Shown one piece after another: positions 6,116 through 13,542 of a stretch of 24,000 bases of DNA. Position 1 is the stretch's first letter. Every line of letters begins with the position of its first letter. The DNA is from Candidatus Woesearchaeota archaeon. Its GTDB lineage: Archaea; Nanobdellota; Nanobdellia; Pacearchaeales; GW2011-AR1. Position numbers and translations under genes: made by a program. Where the stretch lies: assembly GCA_964514585.1 (NCBI GenBank), contig CAZETU010000001.1:120901-144900 (forward strand). The letters are read 5' to 3'. The notes beneath the pieces are model-generated. The model saw only the letters and a list, made by a program, of their open reading frames with translations. It searched no databases and had not been told where the DNA came from.

Positions 6116-6166
6116 GGAATTCTAAAAAATTCCCCTAACGATTTTCACACCAGTGAAAATATTAAT
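6116..6166. repeat. Double-hairpin intergenic repeat, copy B
   Basis: Hairpin 1 is ggaatt-ctaaaa-aattcc (6116-6133). Hairpin 2 is attttcac-acca-gtgaaaat (6141-6160), a perfect 8-bp stem. The stem differs from copy A by paired (compensatory) changes. Confidence 0.7.
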
Positions 6167-6290
6167 TCATCTATGCGCGGCCGTTGATTAGGATCGTTGC
6201 GTAGCTTAGGTTTTTGGTTGGGTATTAGGCGAGATAAAAACCTCAGCCTATCTTTCCTAAGAATGCTGATTAAGAGCCCGACAAAGCCCC

Positions 6291-7538
6291 TTAAATTGCC
6301 TTTGTGGGCGTTTTGTAGCACTTGTTATCTTCTAGTAGCCATTTCCAAACTGGCATCAGAATTATTTCCTTGCTTTCAATTTCAAATTTGTCCTCTTGAT
6401 TATGTGTTAAGATTAGCCCCTGTTTTAGCTTCAATTCATTCATTGCTTCCAGTAAGCCATTTATTTCCCTATCTCTATTTTCTTTATTAAAATCATAGCA
6501 AACCTGAATTGCTTGAATAACTTTTTCTTTCTCTTTAACTATAAAATCACATTCTTTGTCTTTTTGAAAATAAAATATTTCTTTGTATTTTTTTCTTAGA
6601 TTTAGGAATACTTCATTTTCTAGCATTTTCCCTTTATCTTTTGAAAAGGAAACTGAGTTAGCATAAGAGAGTCCATTATCTATGGAATAGACTTTTTTTG
6701 GATTAACTTGCTGTTTTTTGTAGGAGTAGCTAAATTTAGGTATTGTGAAAATTAAATAAGAATCCTCCAAGTAAGAAATATAGTCTATGATTGTTTGGAC
6801 TGATTTGACTTCTAACATTTTTTTAAGAGAGTTTGCGGAGAATTCTTTTCCAACATTACTTAATAAATAAATTGCTAATTTATTTAGTATAGCGGTATTT
6901 TTAATCCCAAACCTATTGACTATGTCTCTCATTAAAACATCTCTTAATAATTCATGCAAGAGAGTTTCGTCATCATCTTTTAAGAATTCTGGAAATCCTC
7001 CTTTGTATAAATAATCTGAATAAGATTTTTCATTTGGTTTCTGCTTGGAGAATCTTAAAAATTCAGTATAAGAAAATGGAAAGAGCTCGTAGCTTAAGTG
7101 TCTTCCAGTAAGTCTTGTCCCAAGTTCTCGGCTTAGAAGTGATGCATTTGAACCTGTTATCATTACTTTGTTTTTTCTGTCCACTAAATATCTAATGAAT
7201 TTTTCCCATTTGTCAATATTTTGAATCTCATCAAAAAAGTAAACTCCTCCAGCGCCATAAATTTCATTAAAAATTTCTTCTGCGATATTGAAATCTGTTA
7301 GCTTAAAACCTTCTAGTCTAGGGTCTTCAAGATTTAGATAATAAAAAACTTTTTGTCCTTTTAGAATTTGATTCAGAAGGGTGCTCTTTCCGCATCTTCT
7401 AATCCCTGCAACAACTAAGGCAAAGGACTTATTCAATTTTATTTCTTCAGTCTTTTCTCTAGAGATACCTTTTTCAGTTGATTCTACCCATTTTCTTTGT
7501 TCTTTTATTACTTTGGTTAGGTCTTCTTTTGTTATCAT
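6291..7538 (-). CDS. AAA+ ATPase with C-terminal DUF4143 domain (COG1373-type)
   Basis: Walker A GIRRCGKST and Walker B VYFFDEIQ are present. The AAA_14-type LTGRHLSYELFPFSYTEFL motif is also present. It is followed by the DUF4143-like region (…GKEFSANSLKKML…YLEDSYLIF…). Confidence 0.85.
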   Translation of the reverse strand: MITKEDLTKVIKEQRKWVESTEKGISREKTEEIKLNKSFALVVAGIRRCGKSTLLNQILKGQKVFYYLNLEDPRLEGFKLTDFNIAEEIFNEIYGAGGVYFFDEIQNIDKWEKFIRYLVDRKNKVMITGSNASLLSRELGTRLTGRHLSYELFPFSYTEFLRFSKQKPNEKSYSDYLYKGGFPEFLKDDDETLLHELLRDVLMRDIVNRFGIKNTAILNKLAIYLLSNVGKEFSANSLKKMLEVKSVQTIIDYISYLEDSYLIFTIPKFSYSYKKQQVNPKKVYSIDNGLSYANSVSFSKDKGKMLENEVFLNLRKKYKEIFYFQKDKECDFIVKEKEKVIQAIQVCYDFNKENRDREINGLLEAMNELKLKQGLILTHNQEDKFEIESKEIILMPVWKWLLEDNKCYKTPTKAI

Positions 7539-7558
7539 GTTTTATATAAGATATTTAA

Positions 7559-7618
7559 TTTTATAAAGGTTTCTATTGGGAATGGAAACTTCTTTCTATT
7601 GGGAATGGAAACCTTTAT
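7559..7618 (-). promoter_or_regulatory. TATA box plus two exact 20-nt direct repeats (period 23) framed by an 11-nt inverted repeat, upstream of the ATPase gene
   Basis: tttctattgggaatggaaac occurs at 7570-7589 and 7593-7612. The outer inverted repeat is ataaaggtttc (7563-7573) / gaaacctttat (7608-7618). On the minus strand cTTTATAAAA (7559-7568) is centred about 25 nt upstream of the ATG at 7538. Confidence 0.55.
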
Positions 7619-7753
7619 GTTAACTCTATCCCCTCCCCTAAGCCCCCCACGTCAGTACTATCATACATACATATTATGCCGACTGACTCTTTGGTAATTT
7701 TGTTTAATTTTCATCGACGATAAACTCTGTCCTACACCCAAGAAATCGGAGTC

Positions 7754-8383
7754 CTATTTTTGGGCTTTTTTTGCTAATTTTACTAGCTTATCTAGCCTCG
7801 ATTTTACATATCTTTTGTCAACTGCATCACCATATTTTTTATATTTTTTCACCTTATTTCTATCCGTCACAACGAAAAACCACTTATCATAATTTTCCAA
7901 AACTTTCAGCTTCTCTTTCATCCTACTAATTTTAGAAAAGATGGAACCCGTTTCAATTTCAATCGCAAATCTCTTTCCACGAATTTCAAAAACAATATCC
8001 GGTTTTTTAGTCACAAATAATTCCGTTTCAATCCCATTCTTTTCTAAGAACTCAGAAATATTCTTAGTTAGAAATAGGTGAGTAAAACTTTCATTATGTC
8101 TTGGGAGCAAAAGAAAGTCTTCCATTTTCCCATTCAAGAGATTTTTATATTTTTTAATTTGATAATCATCATTCAAGAGATATTTGACTTCGTGTTTGGT
8201 TATATTTTTCTTATGAAAATATCTTTTATCTGAATCAACTTTTATATTCACACTTCTTCGATAGGTTCCAATAGGCAGAGGTTTATATGGTTCTTCATCT
8301 TCAGTCTCTTCAGAGTCTAATTCTTCATTTTTATCATCCACAGCATATTCTAAATTTACTTTCCCAATTTTCTTCTTCGGCAT
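7754..8383 (-). CDS. Hypothetical protein with a PD-(D/E)XK-like nuclease-fold motif; probably longer at the N terminus (up to 8647)
   Basis: 209-aa ORF. The C-terminal half reads …THLFL…KKPDIVFEIRGKRFAIEIETGS…WFFVV, a D…ExE pattern in a beta-strand context. The acidic N-terminal region is low complexity. The frame stays open upstream (see findings). Confidence 0.55.
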   Translation of the reverse strand: MPKKKIGKVNLEYAVDDKNEELDSEETEDEEPYKPLPIGTYRRSVNIKVDSDKRYFHKKNITKHEVKYLLNDDYQIKKYKNLLNGKMEDFLLLPRHNESFTHLFLTKNISEFLEKNGIETELFVTKKPDIVFEIRGKRFAIEIETGSIFSKISRMKEKLKVLENYDKWFFVVTDRNKVKKYKKYGDAVDKRYVKSRLDKLVKLAKKAQK

Positions 8384-8622
8384 TTTCTTAATCCTTTCTT
8401 TTTCCTCAAGTTCCCATTTTTTATAATTTCTACGCGATTTGTAACGGAAAAATATTAAGAGGATTATTCCAAGAAAAGCAATAGAAAAAATAGTAATAAT
8501 AAAAATCGGATTAATAATGAAAGAGAATAACTTACTAGGAAATTCTTGAATGTTCTTTTTAATTTTTTGAAGTGGTTCTGCAAGAATGACTAAAAGAGCT
8601 CCTACGGATAATAAAAATGGAA

Positions 8623-9825
8623 CTAATGCGTCGTCAGAAGTTTCAATCTTATTGCCTCCTGAATATTTCCATAAACTCGATTAACATCCACCGTTATCGC
8701 AACCATCTGCCTTTTCATATTTTCAACCTGAACTTCTAGTAACTCTGACCTATTTTCTGATTTTGTAAGTCGCTTTTCTAATTCTGTTTTAGTTACATCA
8801 ATTAGTAAATCCTCTTCAGAAATTGTATCTCTCATCCCAAGCATTTCAGAATAATAATGAATCTTGTCAGATTTCTTCCATCCGAATCTGAATTTTAATG
8901 CTGATTCGGATTTGTATCTTGGCAACCAATAGCAACAACTGCAATGCCTAAAATCATACATTGTTAAATCAGAATATTTCTGGCCTGCCAAGCTTTTTTC
9001 ATCACCAAATAGTTTTTTAGCAACTCTTTTCAAATAACGATTCACGACTGGCGGACTAAATTTGAACAGATAATCTTCTGTATCTAATTCATTCTCCTTG
9101 ATGTATCTTTTAACTAATTCGGAACAAATCATCAGCTTAATCCTTCTTCCGAAAGTTTTGCTTATTTCATCCCGAATGTTCAACTCCTTAAAATCCTTAG
9201 ACAAATCAGAAACTTTCACATTCATTAATTCAGTTGGAGACCTAATTCCTGTATCAAATAAAAACATCACAATCGTCTTATATTTTGGGTTGCAGTTTTC
9301 GGAGAATAATTTTATTTGCTCTTCATTTAAATAAACCCATTTGGGTTTCTCTCTAGAAGTATCTAAGTAAGTTGTAATATCTTCAACCTCTTTTCCCGCC
9401 TTCCTTGCGACTTTTTGATACCAGTGCCAGAATGCCTTAAACATCTTGACAAAGTCTCGTGTCGCCTTATATTCGCGCCCGTCCTGCCGTCTTATCACTC
9501 CCTTTCTCATATCAACAAAGAATTGGCAGAGTTGTTGCTCTGTCAATTTAGTCAAGTCATCAACATCTAAAACTTCTTTAAATTTTCTAGTCAGAAAAGT
9601 TAGTCTGAGCCTAATCGTATTAAGTCTTATAAAACTTCTAGCACCTTTTTTCGAAGATAAGGAAGTGTTGATTCCAAGTTCCATATCAATCAAGTATTGT
9701 AGAATTATTGACGAGTTAGCTCTGGAGAGGTCAGGAATGCCCCCTGCTTCCTTGACTCTATTTTTCCAACGGGTCAGCGACCCTTCGTGGTTATAAGGAT
9801 CAATCTTCATGGTGTCAGTGTCCAC
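8623..9825 (-). CDS. Tyrosine recombinase / phage-type integrase
   Basis: 400 aa with a GTG start. It carries box I FDTGIRSPTEL (catalytic Arg), box II YDFRHCSCCYW (HxxR-like), and a C-terminal …SDKIHYYSEML that holds the candidate catalytic Tyr. Confidence 0.85.
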   Translation of the reverse strand: MDTDTMKIDPYNHEGSLTRWKNRVKEAGGIPDLSRANSSIILQYLIDMELGINTSLSSKKGARSFIRLNTIRLRLTFLTRKFKEVLDVDDLTKLTEQQLCQFFVDMRKGVIRRQDGREYKATRDFVKMFKAFWHWYQKVARKAGKEVEDITTYLDTSREKPKWVYLNEEQIKLFSENCNPKYKTIVMFLFDTGIRSPTELMNVKVSDLSKDFKELNIRDEISKTFGRRIKLMICSELVKRYIKENELDTEDYLFKFSPPVVNRYLKRVAKKLFGDEKSLAGQKYSDLTMYDFRHCSCCYWLPRYKSESALKFRFGWKKSDKIHYYSEMLGMRDTISEEDLLIDVTKTELEKRLTKSENRSELLEVQVENMKRQMVAITVDVNRVYGNIQEAIRLKLLTTH

Positions 9826-9967
9826 ATGGACGCGTTATTTAATAATTGTCGAGAACGAAAGAATATAATAGACTGGACAGGACATCTGCTAATTCTTGTT
9901 TTTTTCTGTTTCATTTAGTTTATTTCTAAACAAAAAGTAGTCCCACCAAGATGCCAAAAAGGTAGAA

Positions 9968-10079
9968 TGCGCGGGCGGGGACTCGAACCCCGGTCATTTG
10001 GTCTCTTCATTGAAGGCAATAGATATTCCATCAACTAAACATTTGGAAGCCAAATATTCTGCCACTAAACTACCCACGC
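9968..10079 (-). tRNA. tRNA-Gly (anticodon TCC) with a 41-nt intron at the canonical 37/38 position
   Basis: The reverse complement folds as GCGTGGG TA GTTT AGTGGCA GAAT A TTTGG CTTCCA[intron]A CCAAA TGAC CGGGG TTCGAGT CCCCG CCCGCGC A. The exons sum to 71 nt. Confidence 0.85.
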
Positions 10080-10102
10080 ACAAAATAATCATCTAATTCA
10101 AG

Positions 10103-10112
10103 GTTTTAAAGT
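10103..10112 (-). promoter_or_regulatory. TATA box for tRNA-Gly (overlaps the HNH gene stop codon)
   Basis: The minus strand reads aaCTTTAAAAcc, centred about 28 nt upstream of the tRNA 5' end. Confidence 0.35.
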
Positions 10113-10438
10113 TTATTGTTTTTGAAATGTTTTTTCCGATGACAGTTGGAACAAAGGGCCTCACACTTATCTAATTCAGACTTTATTCTTTCGATAGAAA
10201 ATCCATCAGCAACCATTTTAGAAATACCCTCTTCTTTCTTTCCAGTTTTATGATGAAAATCAATAGTAGCAGGATGATCTTCTCCACACAAACAACATCG
10301 CAAAGAGGATTTATGTTTCCGAAACCACGCCCGAATTTCATTTTTACGCTTCTTAACATGGGCCTTTTCTGAAGCTTTATTATTCGCATACCACCTACGC
10401 CTACAATCCCTTCTTTTTTCTAAATCCCTGTATGGCAT
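10106..10438 (-). CDS. Small HNH endonuclease-family protein
   Basis: 110 aa with CCLCG…IDFHHK…N…CSNCHRKKH, i.e. a CxxC…HH…CxxCH zinc/HNH signature. The N terminus is basic. Confidence 0.75.
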   Translation of the reverse strand: MPYRDLEKRRDCRRRWYANNKASEKAHVKKRKNEIRAWFRKHKSSLRCCLCGEDHPATIDFHHKTGKKEEGISKMVADGFSIERIKSELDKCEALCSNCHRKKHFKNNKL

Positions 10439-10453
10439 AAAAAATTAAGGATA

Positions 10454-10474
10454 CCAAACTTTATAATAGTTTGG
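10454..10474. promoter_or_regulatory. 7-bp perfect palindrome centred on a TATA-like element in the HNH/secF divergent intergenic region
   Basis: ccaaact-ttataat-agtttgg. Confidence 0.35.
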
Positions 10475-10530
10475 ATTCCCTATCCCCCCTCAACAATTAA
10501 CTTTAAAACTAAACATTTTCTAACTATATT

Positions 10531-11541
10531 ATGAAATTTGAATCGTGGTATGACAAAAATTACAAGAAACTCCTAATAATACCAGCAATACTTCTAGCCT
10601 TATCCCTAATATACATAACCGCATTCTACGTCCAAACAGGCGACATCATCAACAAAGACGTCTCCCTAACAGGAGGAACAACAATCACAATCCAAACAGA
10701 TGTATCAGCCCAAGAAATAGAAAATGCAGTATCACAAACACTAACTGATTTTGAAGTCAAAACCATATCAGATAATGCAGGAAATCAAATACAATTAATG
10801 ATTACAGTAGGCGAACAACACTCCGAAGCACTCGAAACAGCCTTAGAAGAATTTCTCGGCTACGAATTAGCTTCCGAAAATTCATCAAAAGAAACAACAA
10901 GTGCATCTCTTTCGGCAGATTTCTACAAACAACTTATCGTCGCAATTCTCCTAGCATTCTTCTGGATGGCAGCAGTCGTGTTCATAATTTTCTCCAAAGG
11001 CAAAAAGGCAAAAACATGGGCAATAATCATAAACATTCTTCTCGGTTTCTTCATGGGAAACTTTTTCCTCACGATTAACCCAGTAGTGTCCGCAATCATA
11101 TTCTTAGCATTTGCAACATTTCTAATCCGAATGTACATAAAAAATTCAGTCCCAGCTTTCGCAGTTATGCTTTCAGCCTTCTCCGACATCGTCATGACAT
11201 TAGCAATCGTAAATTTCCTCGGAATCAAGCTCTCTACCGCCGGAATTGTAGCATTCCTTATGCTTATTGGTTACTCAGTTGACACAGACATACTTCTAAC
11301 AACAAGACTTCTAAAGAAAAAAGAAAGCGTCAACTCAGCACTTTTCGGAGCATTCAAAACAGGAACAACAATGACAATAACCTCCATCATCGCAATAATA
11401 ACAGCTCTTATAGTAGTATTCTCATTCGCCTCAGTTCTAAACCAAATCTTCACAATATTACTTATCGGTCTAAGTCTCGACCTTTTCAACACATGGGTTA
11501 CCAACGCCTCAATAATTAAATGGTACGTCGAAACGAAATGA
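10531..11541 (+). CDS. secF: Protein-export membrane protein SecF
   Basis: 336 aa: an N-terminal TM helix, a roughly 110-aa external domain and a 5-TM bundle with …LIGYSVDTDILLTTRLL…. It is paired with secD by an ATGA overlap. Confidence 0.8.
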   Translation: MKFESWYDKNYKKLLIIPAILLALSLIYITAFYVQTGDIINKDVSLTGGTTITIQTDVSAQEIENAVSQTLTDFEVKTISDNAGNQIQLMITVGEQHSEALETALEEFLGYELASENSSKETTSASLSADFYKQLIVAILLAFFWMAAVVFIIFSKGKKAKTWAIIINILLGFFMGNFFLTINPVVSAIIFLAFATFLIRMYIKNSVPAFAVMLSAFSDIVMTLAIVNFLGIKLSTAGIVAFLMLIGYSVDTDILLTTRLLKKKESVNSALFGAFKTGTTMTITSIIAIITALIVVFSFASVLNQIFTILLIGLSLDLFNTWVTNASIIKWYVETK

Positions 11542-13079
11542 AAATAACATTTAGAATTTGGTTACTAATTGCATGTGTAATGCTGTCCTTGGTCGCGATA
11601 TTCTCAATTCCCCCAATGATATTTGAAAAGGGAGTAATAGTTTCATCAGTAGAACAAAATTCAACCATATTCGAAAGCGGGCTCAGAACAGGGATGATAA
11701 TAACTGAAATAAACGGACAAACAATAACATCAATAGACGATTATTCATTAGCATTCGCTCCTCTTCAAAATTTAGGAGAAAACGAAACACAAAAGCTAAC
11801 GATAAAAACTGAAACCATAGAAATAATTAATTTATTCACAAAAGACGTAATTAATGATATTTCCGTAGAGAAAATCCCATCCTCAAAAATAAAAACAGGT
11901 TTAGACTTACAGGGTGGAGCAAGGGCATTCGTAAAAGCAGATGTCCCACTTTCAGACACACAATTAGCAGATTTAATCTCAGTATCAGAACAAAGACTAA
12001 ATGTTTACGGGTTATCCGACGTGAAATTCTTCAAGGTTGTAACCTCAAATCAAGAAAAATTGATGGGTATAGAAATTGCAGGCTCATCCCCAGATGATTT
12101 AGAGGAGCTAATAGCAAAACAAGGACACTTCGAAGCAAAAATTGGAAACGAAACAGTTTTTGTCGGAGGAAATGAAGATGTAACTCATGTCGGACGAACA
12201 GGCCAAGACGCATTCATTTCAGAATGTTTTGAAGTAGAAGGAGGTGAAGCGTGCAATTTCAAATTCGTAATCTTCCTAAGCGAGGACGCAGCCCAAAGAC
12301 ACGCAGATATAACGGACGAACTATCAATTAATGGATCCTATCTTAGTAAAAAATTAGATTTCTTTATCGACGAACAACTAACATCTTCATTAAACATCGG
12401 AGCCTCTCTTAAAGGAAATATTGCAACACAAATTCAGATTTCAGGTTCGGGCTCAGGAGCAACAAGACAAGAAGCAATTGAACAAGCAAAAATAGAAATG
12501 AAGACGTTGCAGACAATACTAATCACAGGGTCACTCCCGTACCAATTAGAAATAGTAAAGATAGACAAGATATCTCCAAACCTAGGAGAACAATTTACAA
12601 AACAAATTTTATTAGCTGGGATCTTCGCAATTTTAGCAGTTTCAATAGTTGTATTCGTCAGATATAGAAAAATCAAAATTTCATTTGCATTAGTAACGGT
12701 CTCCCTTTCAGAAGTTTTAATTATCCTTGGAGTGGCAGCATCAATTGGCTGGAATTTAGACCTGCCTTCAATAGCAGGAATCATAGCAGCTATAGGTACG
12801 GGGATAGACTCTCAGTTAATTATTTTAGATGAGGCACGAGATAAACACGAATCGATGGTTCAGAGAATTAAGAAAGCGCTTTTTATCATCGTGACAGCGT
12901 TTACAACAACTTTTGTTGCAATGATTCCATTAACAGGTTTTCTAGGCTTCATGGGCATCGGAGCAGCCTCAGCAGGCCTTCTAAAAGGTTTTGCAGTAAC
13001 GACATTAATTGGTATAACAACAGGGGTATTAATATCCAGACCAGCTTTCGCAGACATAGCAAAACAATTGGAGAATTAA
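11538..13079 (+). CDS. secD: Protein-export membrane protein SecD
   Basis: An N-terminal TM helix, a large external domain and a C-terminal 5-TM bundle (…AIGTGIDSQLIILDEARDK…). I prefer the ATG at 11538 (MKITFRIWLL…), which overlaps the secF stop, over the track start at 11520. Confidence 0.8.
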   Translation: MKITFRIWLLIACVMLSLVAIFSIPPMIFEKGVIVSSVEQNSTIFESGLRTGMIITEINGQTITSIDDYSLAFAPLQNLGENETQKLTIKTETIEIINLFTKDVINDISVEKIPSSKIKTGLDLQGGARAFVKADVPLSDTQLADLISVSEQRLNVYGLSDVKFFKVVTSNQEKLMGIEIAGSSPDDLEELIAKQGHFEAKIGNETVFVGGNEDVTHVGRTGQDAFISECFEVEGGEACNFKFVIFLSEDAAQRHADITDELSINGSYLSKKLDFFIDEQLTSSLNIGASLKGNIATQIQISGSGSGATRQEAIEQAKIEMKTLQTILITGSLPYQLEIVKIDKISPNLGEQFTKQILLAGIFAILAVSIVVFVRYRKIKISFALVTVSLSEVLIILGVAASIGWNLDLPSIAGIIAAIGTGIDSQLIILDEARDKHESMVQRIKKALFIIVTAFTTTFVAMIPLTGFLGFMGIGAASAGLLKGFAVTTLIGITTGVLISRPAFADIAKQLEN

Positions 13080-13080
13080 A

Positions 13081-13542
13081 ATGCATTTTAGGTGGCACAT
13101 CTTATTTGGGTTTGTAACATCTTACATTCTCATTCAATTTTTTAATTTTTCTTTATTTTCAGGATTAATTATTTTTCTAGCATCATGGATGATCGACTGG
13201 GATCATTATCTATGGTATGTTTTTGAAACAAAAGATTGGAATCCAGCCCATGCAATAAGATGGTATGTGAAATCAATCCCAAAATGGCACAAACTTTCCT
13301 TACGAGAAAGAGATAAATTCAAAAGAGGAGTTTTTATTTTTCATGGAATTGGTTTTTGGATAATTCTAATAGTATTATCTTTCATCAGCATTTTCTTTCT
13401 GTGGGTTTTAATGGGCGTCGCCATTCACATGGTAGCAGACATAATAGAATTAATCAAAAGAAAAGAACCCCTATATAACAAAATATTCCCATGTTATGTT
13501 ATACGAAGAAATAAAAACAAAAAAGGATTAAATAAGTTATGA
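13081..13542 (+). CDS. Small polytopic membrane protein, possibly a DUF457/YdjM-like metal-dependent hydrolase
   Basis: 153 aa. Conserved-looking His/Asp residues lie at TM boundaries (HILFG…DWDHY…FHGIGFW…AIHMVADI). Confidence 0.4.
   Translation: MHFRWHILFGFVTSYILIQFFNFSLFSGLIIFLASWMIDWDHYLWYVFETKDWNPAHAIRWYVKSIPKWHKLSLRERDKFKRGVFIFHGIGFWIILIVLSFISIFFLWVLMGVAIHMVADIIELIKRKEPLYNKIFPCYVIRRNKNKKGLNKL

Larger units (their letters stand above)
6174..9977 (-). mobile_element. Candidate integrated element (about 3.8 kb) at tRNA-Gly: integrase + nuclease-like protein + AAA+/DUF4143 ATPase
   Basis: The integrase start faces the tRNA-Gly 3' end 142 bp away. The exact tRNA 3' terminus tgcgcggGcg (9968-9977) has a near copy, tgcgcggCcg, at 6174-6183, just past the ATPase stop. 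The boundaries are weakly supported because the repeat is a 10-mer with one mismatch. Confidence 0.3.

Noticed and set aside
6197-6490. 97-aa plus-strand ORF overlapping the ATPase 3' end
   Set aside because: Two thirds of it is antisense to the DUF4143 ATPase gene. The non-overlapping part is the intergenic spacer, and there is no motif or ribosome-binding site.
7570-7612. Direct repeats considered as a mini CRISPR array
   Set aside because: There are only two units separated by 3 nt, with no spacers and no cas genes. The position on a promoter fits an operator or iteron instead.
7626-7650. C-rich tract ctatcccctcccctaagcccccc paired with ctatcccccctc (10479-10490) as alternative att sites
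   Set aside because: This is a low-complexity match with only an 8-nt exact core. It would place tRNA-Gly inside the element. The evidence is too weak, so it is mentioned only as an alternative boundary.
10183-10389. 68-aa alternative-frame ORF inside the HNH gene, and similar nested ORFs in secF/secD, GT and asnB genes (e.g. 10923-11228, 12434-12784, 16062-16322, 18075-18272, 19576-19800)
   Set aside because: All are nested in or antisense to genes with clear family motifs. Their products are compositionally biased with no recognisable features.
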